Assembly (NCBI RefSeq): GCF_006345805.1
Contig: NC_043005.1
Coordinates: 74,834,001-74,898,000 of the forward strand
From: Octopus sinensis
Lineage: Eukaryota
DNA length: 64,000 bases
Reading direction: 5' to 3'
Every line of letters begins with the position of its first letter. The first letter of the stretch is position 1. The notes beneath the pieces were generated by a model. The model did not search any database. It saw only the letters and a list, made by a program, of their open reading frames with translations, and was not told the DNA's origin. Below, one piece after another: positions 10,823 to 23,726 of the stretch. A program made the translations under genes and the position numbers.

Positions 10823-11215
10823 TCTTTATATATAAAACTGTAGATGTGTGAGTGTCTGTCCCCTTCGATTTAGATTCCTAACTACTCCCACATTTTGCGG
10901 TGCAGTTTAACCAAAAACGGGTATCTTATAGTCGTGATTCATATCGAGCCCTTCTGGGTATTAGCGCGCGTCTACGATGAGTCTACGATTTTAAAAATAA
11001 TTTACCATCATTTTTTTCCATTTTCATGCATATTTTTTTAAAGGGAAGTAACTCACTAAAAATGTCTACGATGAGTCAACGATTTAAAAAAAAATTTACC
11101 ATCATATTTTTTCCATTTTTAATGCATTTTTTGCTATTTTTTGGCTATAACTCTCTAAAAGTGCTGTATAGTTATTTCCCTTACAAACCCGAGCAACGTC
11201 GGGCGATACTGCTAG
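10823..11215 (+). mobile_element. Non-autonomous Helitron with internal duplication
   Basis: A^TCTTTATATATAAAA start; CCCGAGCAACGTCGGG hairpin then CTAG^T; GTCTACGATGAGTC block repeated. Confidence 0.85.
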
Positions 11216-11542
11216 TATTTTATATATGTACAGTATTTCTCCTAATGGTGTTGTAGCCTCTAATAAACTGACACCCAAGCGCCGACCAGTTGAAATGTAC
11301 GATAAAATCGATAATAATTGTCGTATTTGTTTATTGTCATGCGGAGAGATACTGAACAGCAGCTAGTATATTATAAGCTGTACTATAAAGAAATGTATTT
11401 TAAAAAATATTGATAATATTAATTTTTAGAAAATCATTAGCAAAATCTAAAACGACATACTCTACAACGAAGAGAAGGCGAAAATGAGTAAGATAAAATT
11501 CTCGAAGGTAACTGCATGCCAAACTATCGCTCATTGGTTGAT

Positions 11543-11656
11543 TGAATTGAAAGTTAACCAATAAAACGCGAGCACCATGCAAACGGCCACGGCCCCCTGT
11601 GAATTGAAAGTTAACCAATAAAACGCGAGCACCATGCAAACGGCCACGGCCCCCTG
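11543..11656. repeat. Perfect 57-bp tandem duplication
   Basis: TGAATTGAAAGTTAACCAATAAAACGCGAGCACCATGCAAACGGCCACGGCCCCCTG twice. Confidence 0.9.
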
Positions 11657-11713
11657 ACACTTTCATTTGTAACTTAGGTATATATTGTCAGACACACAGT
11701 AGACTCGACTATA

Positions 11714-11891
11714 ATTTCGTCTGCCGTTACGTTCTGAGTTCAAATTCCGCCGAGGTCGACTTTGCCTTTCATCCTTTCGGGGTCAATTAAATAAGTACCA
11801 GTTACGCACTGGGGTCGATATAATCAACTTAATCTGTTTGTCTGTCCTTGTTTGTCCTCTCTGTGTTTAGCCCCTTGTGGGTAATAAAGAA
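11714..11891 (+). mobile_element. 5'-truncated SINE A1
   Basis: Starts at ATTTCGTCTGCCG, ends GTGGGTAATAAAGAAA. Confidence 0.85.
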
Positions 11892-12593
11892 ACATATAAT
11901 ATTTTGTTGTCGGTCACTGCGTGCCTGACAGATACATCCAGCGAAGAGTAACTTTTCTTCCTAATAGCAATCATGATTTTTCTCATTGGCAAAAAGGCTA
12001 TACAAATTTACCGGTGGCGAATAAAGGCTGGAGGAAGGGACTTTACTCCACCAGCACTTATGAAAGATCATAATATAATACAGAGTAAAACTATTCTATG
12101 TCCCGTGACTAGGTCTAATGTGCTGAATGGATTAGAGAACGATCATAAGGTAATACTGACATAGAGGCAAACAATTTGATCATTAGTAATGTTTAATTAA
12201 ATATGCGATTGAAGCCGTCCATATTTACATTCAATTTGTATTACAAATACTTTTGGGAAAGGAAATGAATAACTAATTAGTTTGTCTTACAAATTGCTAA
12301 TTTTTGTCATGGGCGGGGAGCTGAAAGAATCGCTTGAGCGTCAGGGTGACGGGGCGGAATGCTTTGAGGTATATCTTCTAGTTCTTAGAGATCTGGGTTC
12401 GAGTAACAACGAACGCGATTTCGTCTCTCAGCCCTCAGAGCTCGATAAAACAAAATACCAATCTAGTACTGAAGTCGATGAGACAGATCGACACGATTGC
12501 CTAAATCAAAAAACGTGTTAATAGGAATCACTACATATTTTAGTTTATTGTTTCTGGCTCGTGTTATTTCTTTACTAGATAAAAAAAATATCG

Positions 12594-13034
12594 GGATCTT
12601 TTCGGTTTGAACGGCAGTTTTTTAAAAATAACTTCCACGTAACTAAACACTTTTAAACTTCGTATACTGGTAGAATGTGTTTATAAAACATCTTTTTCTC
12701 TTGGCTTTATTGAGAAAATTCTATAGTTTGTAAGATAATTGTTGTTTTTTTTTCTTCAATTTCTGCAATTTCAACCAATCAATGACGTCTATTGGAGGTG
12801 AAAACATTCTGTGCTGTATGAATATGTCCCTCGTTTAAGAAACAGATTGGGTTTATTTACATTTTGTGAAGAAAAAAAAGATACCCTTCCCCCCACCCCT
12901 AACCTAACTAATCCTAAATAACCCTAACCCTAAAACATATTGAAATGCAATTGATCGATATTAGGGTCATAATTATGGGTGACAATTTCATATGACACCG
13001 CTAGAAAAAACTGCCGTTCAAACCGAAAAGATCG
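12594..13034 (+). mobile_element. Merlin-type MITE
   Basis: Same TIRs and body as 10253; degenerate TSD AAAATATC/AAAATGTC; expanded CCCTAA-like tract. Confidence 0.85.
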
Positions 13035-13148
13035 AAAATGTCTTCTTAGTCTAAAATAGCTTCCATGTTTAATTGATAGCAAGGTAATATATTACATGTT
13101 TTGTTATTTTCTATGAATGTTAGCGCGCTGCTTTTGAACTGGCAGATA

Positions 13149-13444
13149 TCTTTATATATAAAAGTGAAGTTGTGTGTCTGTCTCCTACGATTTAGATTCC
13201 TAACTACTCCCACATTTTGCGGTGCAGTTTAACCAAAAGCGGGTATCTTATAGTCGTGATTCATATCGAGCCCTTCTGGGTATTAGCGCGCGTCTACGAT
13301 GAGTCAACGATTTAAAAAAAAATTTACCATAATTTTTTTCCATTTTTAATGCATTTATTTGCTATTTTTTGGCTATAACTCTCTAAAAATGCTTATATAG
13401 TTTTTTCCCTTACAAACCCGAGCAACGCCGGGCGATACTGCTAG
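13149..13444 (+). mobile_element. Non-autonomous Helitron
   Basis: A^TC start, CCCGAGCAACGCCGGG hairpin, CTAG^T end; same family as 10823. Confidence 0.85.
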
Positions 13445-15477
13445 TAATTCCTAAATGTAACAATGCTACAGAATTACTGAATAAAGTAACAATAAAAAAC
13501 AACAAAAATATGCGAATAAATTGTACATGCTTTGTAAAATCTATTCGCTCCTCTTTTGTTGAAATGAAGTAAGCACGCAATGTTGAAAAGTCATGAACTT
13601 GTATAACCTACTTCGATTGAGTGAAAAAGACGATAACGATTTTAAGGGTTCGTTTAACACATACGATATAAATAGCAAGTTTTGTTTTTCTAAATTTTGA
13701 TCTCATTATGAGAGATTTATTTGATGAATTAAATAGTTCACAATTTTTATTGATGAATATACTGATGCATTCATCAATGAACAACTTACTTTATGCAATC
13801 GTTCGAGTCGACAAGTGCTTAGTGGCCCAGATTTTTTTATTGCTTGCTAGCCACATGATCTTCCTCAATATTTTCAGATACAGATGTGTTCATAAGTGTG
13901 CAAATGTAGAGGAGTGGAGTAGGTTTTCATTAATCAGGCAACATGCTCGAGGGAAAAATAATCTGAAGTGGCTAAGCGCTTGGGAGAACTTTAAACCGAA
14001 GATTTTAGCCACCCATTGGCAAACACATTCTTCAAGTTTGAACATGAAATGAACTACGATGCAATGCTAGACAGTGTCTGACGTGATGAGAAACAATACG
14101 GAGTTTGTTACTCTGATCGAGCATTCACCAACAAAATAGAAAGTATTTGCTGACTTAGACATGATAACAGTAACATCGAAGCTGATGTTTGATGGTATCT
14201 TAACTCCGAAGGCAACCAAATGGATTGTACGTGATGTTTACTTTCAATGAATTTTCTTGATTATGATTTAGACATATTCGAATGCTCTTAAGAATCTGTA
14301 CTGCCACAATAGGATAATAGACTCAGATAAAAGCACGGCATTTAATTTCTTCTTTAGACTACATCCTGGCTCCTAGCTTGAGGTATAGCGAAGGTTTTGA
14401 TCGCCTTTTGCAGTAGCCAAACCGGACGCCCACTTTCTTAAACGTAACATACGTTCGGCTATAGCAAACACGGTCGGCACACTTCACATGCTCCACGTCA
14501 CGCCACTGTCGACCATCGTTTGTGCTCAAAATACAAAGGATTTACCAAAGTCATTGTAATCAGCCCATTCTATAACATGGTCAGAAGATGGCTCAAGTTA
14601 TAAAGCAAGATCTGGAAGATGTAAGGAATAAAGATGCAGTTGGCACCTTCAATGATAATATTATGCAGAATGCGGGGACATACGATCGTTTCGTCTCAGA
14701 AACTTATATTATCACAAAAGCAAAAGGGTCTTACAAGTATTGAAATGGGGATTGGAGAACAGTCATATTTGTTGCCAGTACAAGCAACAACAAACTAAAA
14801 CCAAATATCACAACGGAATGGGAAATTTTCGAAGAACTATAAAGAAAAGGATATATAAAATTTACTGTTGGCAACGCCTACGACTAACTGGAAGGATGGA
14901 GCGTCTGTCTTAAAGACTTAAAGAATTAAAGTAAGTGATCTTTCTAATTTTCCCCACTTTCATACACCATCATTTTTACCCATGACGAGCAGTAGAAATG
15001 CACATAAGCTGGAATCGTCTTGGAAGCAAAGGATCACTAGATATAGGTGTGGTGGTTGTCAACAAGACAAGAATTTCCGAGACACGACCTTTCGCATCCC
15101 TATTGGATGGCTACCAAACATGGGTGTTTTAAAGCCAGCGATTTAACAATTTCTTCTGTCGGCCAACGTTGTGACTAGATAAGGTGTTGCAAATAAAAAT
15201 AGTCAGCTTCCATAACTAAATAACCGGACTAAATAAATAAAAATACATAAATGATTAAATAAATAAAACTCTTCTGATCAAACTATTAAGATAGAATTTT
15301 TATTTTCGTGCAGTTGGTCTCTAGATGAACTCCACTCAAAATTCGGTCACTAACGACGCTTAAAATAACATGTTTGTTATTTGAGAGTTAAATCGAGTAA
15401 GTTCTTGAATTCAATGGAGAAAATAGTCAAAATAGCCAAGCATATATAATTATTTAATTAGCATGAATTATTTTAGT

Positions 15478-15742
15478 GAACGTGGTTAGAGCATCGGATC
15501 GCGGGTTCGAATCTCAGACCGGGCGATGTGTGTGTTTATGAGCAAAACACCTAAGGTTCACGCGGCTCCGGCAGAAGGTAATGGCGAACTTCTGCTGACT
15601 GTTTCGCCAGAACTTTCTCTCACTCTTTCCTCCTGCATCTTGCAGCTCACCGGCGTCCCGTCCAGTTGGGGAACCTATACGCCAAGGAAACCGGCAAACC
15701 GGCCCTTATGAGCCAGGCGCGCCTCGAGAAGGGTCAAACAAC
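15478..15742 (+). mobile_element. Chimeric SINE: family C head/body with family D tail
   Basis: GAGCAAAACACCTAAG..GGCTCCGGCAG body, then GGCGTCCCGTCCAG.TGGGGAAC..GAAACCGG tail. Confidence 0.7.
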
Positions 15743-16085
15743 TTTTAGTGAACACTACACCAGTATTCTCAAGCTGGCATCTACAAATTATTCTTACAAT
15801 CTCAATTATGTTTGAAACTGTCCATGCTTTTATTATGATAATTATCATCATTATCGTTAATCTTTCTACTATGGGCACTAGGGCTGAAATTTTAAGGGAT
15901 GGGGCTAATCGATTACATCGACTTCAGTGCTCAACTGGTACTCATTTCATCCCCAAAAGGATGAACAGCAAAATCGACATCGGTAGGATTTCAACTCAGG
16001 GCATAAAGAGCTGGAAGAAATACTACTGAGCATTTCGTCCGGTTGCAGAATCGTTAACGTGAGAATATAGCAAAGAAAGAATATT

Positions 16086-16320
16086 ACCTATTTCTTTACT
16101 ACCCACAAGGGGCTAAACACAGAGAGGACAAACAAGGACAGACAAACGAATTAAGTCGATTATATCAATCCCAGTGTTTCACTGGTACTTAATTTATCGA
16201 CCCCGAAAGGATGAAAGGCAAAGTCGACCTCGGCGGAATTTGAACTCAGAACGTAACGGCAGACGAAATACGGCTACGCATTTCGCCCGGCGTGCTAACG
16301 TTTCTGACAGCTCGCCACCT
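16086..16320 (-). mobile_element. Full-length SINE A1
   Basis: Close match to copies at 24275, 49333 and 50513. Confidence 0.92.
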
Positions 16321-16500
16321 TAGGAAAGAACATTACCTTAACAGCGATTGCTTTAACCTCATTATATAACACAAGATACTCGAGTGTGGAAAGTAAGCAA
16401 AATCTACATGCTCACACATGCGTACAAATTTACATGGACACACACACGCGCGCGCATGCATACACACAATCTGCCAATTCCACATAAAAACTCGCACGCG

Positions 16501-16538
<38 letters not shown>

Positions 16539-16865
16539 TACACATACACACACAAGCTCTCTCTCTCTCTCTCAGTCTATTCCTCGCACATGTTCACACA
16601 TACACGCACATGTTGTGTCACATAATGTTAAGGTTGTTCCCATGGTAACAAGCAGTTATGACTTTTGGTACGTCGACCATGGACGTTACAGATTGACTAA
16701 AGTTATATTTTTATTATTAATTTCTAGAAAAATAAAAATATGAATGTGATTTTCGTTATCAGCATAGAAAATTATGTCATCAGTGTAGAAAATTTGAGAA
16801 AATTCTGAAGGTTACAAAGAATTTAAAACGACTGTTCCTTTTTACAGCGTGCAAGAATAGAAAAA

Positions 16866-17280
16866 GGCGCAGCAGTGGCTGTGTGGTAAGTAGCTTGCTT
16901 ACCAACCACATGGTTCCAGGTTCAGTCCCATTGCGTGGCACCTTGGGCAGGTGTCTTCTAATATAGCCTCGGGCCGACCAAAGCCTTGTGAGTGGATTTG
17001 GTTGACGGAAACTGAAAGAAGCCCGTCGTATATATGTATATGTATATATATATGTGTGTGTGTATATGTTTGTGTGTCTGTGTTTGTCCCCCCAACATCA
17101 CTTGACAACCGATGCTGGTGTGTTTACATCCCCGTAACTTAGCGGTTCGGCAAAATAGATCGATAGAATAAGTACTAGGCTTACAAAGAATAAGTCCAGG
17201 TGTCGATTTGCTCGACTAAAGGCGGTGCTCCAGCATGGCCACAGTCAAATGACTGAAACAAGTAAAAAAGTAAAAGAGAA
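16866..17280 (+). mobile_element. Full-length SINE B with internal TA/TG microsatellite
   Basis: tRNA-like head GGCGCAGCAGTGGCTGTGTGGTAAG..GGTTCAGTCCC; tail CAGCATGGCCACAGTCAAATGACTGAAACAAGT. Confidence 0.92.
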
Positions 17281-17529
17281 AGAATCCTACGCTGTATCTT
17301 CTTGTACTGTCCTCTATTATTATTATTATTATTTGCTTTTTGAGGGTTAGAATAGTTAGAGCGTTCTTCCAACTCTTCGCGTTCCGAGTTCAAATTCCGC
17401 CGGAGACAACTTTATCTTCATCCCTCCTCGTTCGATAAACTAAACAGTTCTGGAGTCAATGGTTTCGGTTTAATCTGCACCCCATCAATATTCCTGGTCT
17501 TTTGCTAAAATTACAAACCATTATTATTA

Positions 17530-17568
<39 letters not shown>

Positions 17569-17799
17569 GTTGTGGTTGTTGTTGTTATTATTATTATTCA
17601 GGCGGTGAGCTGGCAGAATCGTTACCGCGCCGGACAAAATGTTTAACGGCATTTCCCGTTAAAATGCCGCCGGGGTCGACTTTGCTTTTCATCCTTTGTG
17701 AGTCGATAAAATAAGTATCAGTTGAACAGTGAGGTCGATGTAATCGACTAGTCCTCTCACCCAATATTGCTAAATACTACAATTAGCCGTCATTTTTGA

Positions 17800-19062
17800 A
17801 GGCACGGGGCCCAGTTAGTGTATCTATAAAGACAATAAGCACACAGTTTGGAATCGGTGTGGCAACTGTACGCATAATTATTCACGAAGATCTGAACACG
17901 CGCAAAATTTATGCAAATGTTTGTTCCCATGGCACCCAATGACAAACATTGGCCGTAGCCTGGCTCCCTCATATCCAAGAAGGCCAGGTAAAGCAAGTGT
18001 ACCGGAAAGTTCATTATGATCCCCTTTTCTGACAGCAAGGGAATAATCTACATCCACTAGGGTCCTTTTGGCCGGACGGTCAACAAAGAGAACTTTGTGG
18101 AGGTTTTGAGAGAGTTCTAGAAGGGATTTTGTCACAAAAGGCCTTGGTTCTTCTACTTGTGTTGGTGGCACCTGCACAATACAATGCATCAGTACACAAT
18201 TCCATCCTGGTAACCAGCCATTGGACAGAGATGGGCATGAAAAATATCCCTCACTCTACAATCTACTTCTTGCTCCTCCTGACGTTTGGTTGTTCCCTAA
18301 GCAGAAGGAGAAACTCAGGAGCAATCATTTTGAACACACTGAGAAGATGAGGGAATCTATGGCAAGAGTTCTGGGCACCTTCACTTTGGAGGACTTCTAT
18401 GGGGCTTTCACAAAATAGTTGGAGTACAATAAGTGTGGAGGCGCGTGGCTTAGTGATTAGGGTGTTAGCATCATGATCATAAGATTGTGGTTTCGATTCC
18501 TGGGCCGGGCGACGCGTTGTGTTCTTGAGCAAAACACTTCATTTCACGTTGCTCCAGTCCACTCAGCTGGCAAAAATGAGTAACGTTGCGATGGACTGGT
18601 GTCCCGTCCAGCTGGGGAACACATAGGCCATTGAAACCGGGAAACCGGGCCCGTGAGCTTGGCTAGGCTTTAAAAGAGCGCATTTAAGTGGAGGCGCGTG
18701 GCTTAGTGGTTAGGGTGTCAGCATCATGATCGTAAGATTGTGGTTTCGATTCTTGGGCTGGGCGACGCGTTGTGTTCTTGAGCAAAACACTTCATTTCAC
18801 GTTGCTCCAGTCCACTCAGCTGGCAAAAATGAGTAGCGCTGCGATGAACTGGCGCCCCGTCCAGCTGGGGAACATACACCACTGAAACCGGGAAACCGGG
18901 CCCATGAGCCTGGCTAGGCTTTAAAAAGGCGCAAACAAAAAATAATAACAAGTGCATTGAAGTCAGAGGTTCCGACATTGAAAGAGTTTAGAGTTTTATA
19001 CTTCTTTGAAATTAATAAATCTCTGTTCTGAAAAAGTTTTAAAAGTTGTGGAACGCATCTTG
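17800..19062 (+). mobile_element. Internally deleted mariner (Tc1/mariner) relic interrupted by a SINE dimer
   Basis: HTH-like SIKTISTQFGIGVATVRIIIHEDL; DSKGII; LAPPDVWLFPK; LEYNKCIEVRG split by the insertion; right end GGAACGCATCTTG^TA. Confidence 0.8.
18436..18946 (+). mobile_element. Head-to-tail dimer of SINE family D
   Basis: Two ~250-bp copies starting at 18436 and 18689; flanked by AATAAGTG / AACAAGTG; contain a V-domain-like GCGATG(G/A)ACTGG..CCCGTCCAG. Confidence 0.9.
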
Positions 19063-19439
19063 TAATTATTATTTAACATTTATTGCTTTTCACTAATTAC
19101 ACTGTTGATAGATTAATTTTACCATTTTACTAATTGAGAATCCCTTCAATCAAAACCCTGACTATGCCTTTAAATATGTTTGGTAGCCCTCATGTCTTCC
19201 GTTTGAGAGAAAGAGCAAGAAACAAATGTTGGCCTCAAACTAGATGGATATACAGTACTAGCATTATGACCCGTCGTTGCCGGGTCATAGTGGTAGCGCA
19301 TGTATATATGTGTATATATATATATGTGTACATATTACATGTACATCTATATATATATACATCTACACATAAAATACAAAATACAAAGTTATATCTTGAT
19401 ATCGCTAGTGATAACAATACTCAAAATATATAACAGACT

Positions 19440-19990
19440 GGAACTGTAGGCCCGTCTCTTGCAATTTCGATCAATTGTATCTTGTCCTCCCTCTTGTATA
19501 GAAGCGTGGCTACAATCCAGCCTACCTCTACTGCTGAGGGTGGTGGTGGACATTTTTAATTTTTATCCGGGACGTCCTACGTCCCAGATATAAAGGTAAA
19601 AATAAAATATTTCCACTTTGCAAGGTTCGAGTCGAGTATTCCCTTGCACGCTCCGGTGACTCGGACCTTGCTTCTATTGTGGCGAATTTACCGCCTCTGG
19701 TTAGATATCTTTCATAGTCGCACCAAGACACTTTTTGATGGTGCTTTCCTCCAAGTGTTCAATTTTTTTTTCTCTACATTGTATACTTTACAGACAATAG
19801 TCTTTTCTTTAATTTAATTTTTTATTTCGTTTGGTGATTCACCGTCTTTGTCGGTGATCAATCTGAAATAGGTTTGTATTTCTTCCAATTTAATTTTAAT
19901 GAGTTCGCGCCCACCGATGGCTGCAGCGAAATCCATTTTTGGACTTTCTTCTATCAAAGGCATTCTAACAAAAATGCTTCCGTGTAAACG
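19440..19990 (-). pseudogene. 5' fragment of ORF1 from a second L1/Tx1-like family
   Basis: ATG at 19936 (MDFAAAIGGRELIKIKLEE); PLYLGRRTSRIKIKNV aligns with TYMGKRTAKLHVEDI at the window start. Confidence 0.55.
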
Positions 19991-20659
19991 GCGAAAATAT
20001 TGTCAATTTCCCCAAACAGGGACACAATTCAATTTTTAAACAATAACTAAAACTCCTTCTCCCAAAGGGGGAGGGTTACAGTTTACAATTATTTAACAAA
20101 TGCAACACAACAACTTTTCCCTTACGAGGAACCAACAAACGTGATAACAATAGTTAAACAGTAATAATGATAACAAACCTTACGGTGAATCAAAAAGCAG
20201 TACGCAGTTGAAGCTATAGTCCTTTATGTATAAGAAATCAATCAACAGCAGTACTCAGTAGAAGCGGCTGTTCGAGAAAACAGACATTACATACAGCCAA
20301 ACTTCATATAGATACTTAATGCTAGCTAATTAGCAGATAATCTAATGTAAAAGCCGTGGTAAACGGTATGTGCACAGCTCCATCTGGACTATTCCATTTC
20401 TGCACGCTATTTTTTATTTTTAATTTATTCCCATTCATGTGAAACCACTTATTCAAGTTCAAGTCATTGATGCAATTTTATACCAATTGCTATTTTTACT
20501 TTTTTTATGTTACGATTATATTATACTTTAGTTTGATTTTAATTATTACTTACTACATATAATTCAATTGTTATTATTATCTCTAATGTTTATTGTTAAA
20601 GTGAAAGTATCTGACATAAAATAGAGAAATGTTTTTGTTTCACTTTTAACACGTAATAC

Positions 20660-20995
20660 TGAAATAGTGGAGAAGATATGATATTGCTATGGGCTCGCTC
20701 TAGGCAAGAAGTTGAACATTTTTTTTGCCCATGAAACTACATAGACCCTAAGTAAGGCATATGTAAAATTTGAATGGAATTGGTTGTGTAGTTCTCAAGT
20801 TTTAGAAGATATGATATTGCTGTGGGCTCACCCTAGGCAAAAAGTTTTTTAAAAATTTTGCCGATGACACTCCCCGGACCCTAAGTAAGGCATGTGTAAA
20901 ATTTGAATGAAATTGGTTGTGTAGTTCTCAAGTTTTAGGGAAACACACAGACAAACAGACACACACACACATTCTCAGTTTAATATATAGAGAGA
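20660..20995 (-). mobile_element. Helitron-like 5' fragment with 133-bp internal tandem duplication
   Basis: Minus-strand A^TCTCTCTATATATTAAA start plus GTCT microsatellite; units start at 20671 and 20804; no 3' CTAG hairpin seen. Confidence 0.6.
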
Positions 20996-21595
20996 TGACT
21001 GAAGTTTGCATTTCGAGGAACCACACAAAGATAATAGCGTTGAGAGAATACCAAAATATGATTTCTTAATGTAGGCATAGCCTAGTAATTCTGAGGGGAG
21101 AGAGAGTTAGTCGGTTGGTATTTTATTATATGGATTCAGGAAGAATGAACGGTAAACTTGATCATGATCCAGAAATTTTGGCGGAGGAAAAACGACATAA
21201 GTACTTGACTTGTATTTATTTTATCAGTGGTAGATTGAGGAAAGTAAGGATTTTAACTCAAAATTTAAATAATTGTACTTAGGTTATCATGCTACACATT
21301 TAAGAGAGAGTAAATGACAGTGAATGTTGTTCAAGCTATTCATTTTCTTCTGAAGGTCATAAACGTGAATGGAGTATAATGGTTCTTAATTAAGATAGTA
21401 GAGTTAATACGTCGCCCAGTTTAACATCACAATCACCTGGACCTTGGAAATCTACTCTATTGCAAATATTCGGTTCAGGTACCTGGTCAGGGGGCAAATT
21501 TCTCCTTTCTTTCTTCTTGTCTCAGGGCCCCTGAAATAAGAAACATGTATGCTGCCTCTCCTCCTCTGATTAAACGATATGCTTTCCTATCTGCA

Positions 21596-21915
<320 letters not shown>

Positions 21916-21992
21916 GTGTTTAATTTACAAGGAAAGATCCATAGAAACAGCTACCAGAGTAGCCAAATGCCACATAAGTGCCTCGGAAATTA

Positions 21993-23418
21993 GTGACCAC
22001 GCTTGCATGGGTGATAATTCCGAGGAGAAGCGAGACGTATTTTGGAGAACATAAGAGTAATGGAAACTGGAGACAAACGCATATTTCGTTTTTCAGTGTC
22101 AACGACCATTGAAAAGGTTGCAAAGGCGCAACGGAAATATTTTTGAAAAAGTAAATAAGTAAATAAGTGGAAATCATTATATATATATATATATATATAT
22201 AAACAAGAATCGAATACCAGTTTTCAGGATCTTCTGGCAGAGAAGTTATCGTTTGACTTGGTATAAGGAAGCTGGAAATGAAATATCGTGACATTCATAC
22301 ATTTACTGAGAACAATAGAAGATTAAATGAGGTGAAATAGCGCCGACCTAACTATAATCTAGTCTTTCTGAGAACTTGTTCCTGTTACAGTTCAAGTATT
22401 GACATAAAAAAGTGGCATCAAAGTCGATTCCGATTGAAGAATTCGGGAATTATTTACTTCGGCGCCTTACCCTATAATAGAAAGCAAGGTTTACGGTATC
22501 GGAAGAATATCGCCTTCTTCCATCATCTGTTTTGTTCTTCATGTAGTTCAGGCTTTCAGCAGGCGAAGAGAGAAGACTTCAAGTACAAATGCTATTTACA
22601 ACTGGTTTATTTACAGGATTCACAGGATAGATGTGACCACGCTTGCATGGGTGATAATTCCGAGGAGAAGCGAGACGTATTTTGGAGAACATAAGAGTAA
22701 TGGAAACTGGAGACAAACGCATATTTACAAATGCTATTTACAACTGGTTTATTTACAGGATTCACAGGATAGATGTGACCACGCTTGCATGGGTGATAAT
22801 TCCGAGGAGAAGCGAGACGTATTTTGGAGAACATAAGAGTAATGGAAACTGGAGACAAACGCATATTTCGTTTTTCAGTGTCAACGACCATTGAAAAGGT
22901 TGCAAAGGCGCAACGGAAATATTTTTGAAAAAGTAAATAAGTAAATAAGTGGAAATCATTATATATATATATATATATATATATAAACAAGAATCGAATA
23001 CCAGTTTTCAGGATCTTCTGGCAGAGAAGTTATCGTTTGACTTGGTATAAGGAAGCTGGAAATGAAATATCGTGACATTCATACATTTACTGAGAACAAT
23101 AGAAGATTAAATGAGGTGAAATAGCGCCGACCTAACTATAATCTAGTCTTTCTGAGAACTTGTTCCTGTTACAGTTCAAGTATTGACATAAAAAAGTGGC
23201 ATCAAAGTCGATTCCGATTGAAGAATTCGGGAATTATTTACTTCGGCGCCTTACCCTATAATAGAAAGCAAGGTTTACGGTATCGGAAGAATATCGCCTT
23301 CTTCCATCATCTGTTTTGTTCTTCATGTAGTTCAGGCTTTCAGCAGGCGAAGAGAGAAGACTTCAAGTACAAATGCTATTTACAACTGGTTTATTTACAG
23401 GATTCACAGGATAGATGT
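21993..23418. repeat. Complex tandem duplication: 640-bp unit, 142-bp hybrid unit, 644-bp unit
   Basis: GTGACCACGCTTGCATGG restarts at 21993, 22633 and 22775; the long copies differ by one TA unit where compared. Confidence 0.92.
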
Positions 23419-23726
23419 AGTGTGCAGCTCTCAGCTACCATCTTAAGCTGTGTGCATTGTGTAGTAGCTCCGTTAGTGCGGGCACATTGCCTCTGGAGAT
23501 ACACATGCAGAAAGCTTCAGCCAGTGGTGGTGTTCACAAAGTAGCGCCAAAAAGAGAGAGATTTGAATCTGGTTTTTTCCTTTATATAGTTTTCCATCGC
23601 GAGCCTTGTTGTGATCTCGTGCATGGCAAATGAATGCAGGTGAGGTCTCGCTGCAATCTCGGAGATGGCAATAGCTGCCGCAAGATCTCATCCAATATGG
23701 CGCTGGCTTCTTGTGACGCTACAACA
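23260..23726 (-). mobile_element. Solo LTR candidate
   Basis: Homologous to 52774-53230; minus strand starts TGTTGTAG; AATAAA on the minus strand; flanking CCTAT/CCTAT. Confidence 0.6.

Noticed and set aside
14672-14700. Minus-strand GAAACGATCGT-A half-hammerhead
   Set aside because: No CTGANGA core or stem I partner nearby, and it lies within a coding-like frame.
16745-16785. Minus-strand CTGATGA-CATA/TATG...GAAA as a hammerhead
   Set aside because: Eight unpaired nucleotides between stem II and GAAA, and no stem III or NUH site.
16899-17108. Recurrent ORFs containing VYQIHSQGFGRPEA or similar (also 28283, 36637, 51970, 57669, 59214)
   Set aside because: Frames inside SINE family B copies, not a paralogous gene family.
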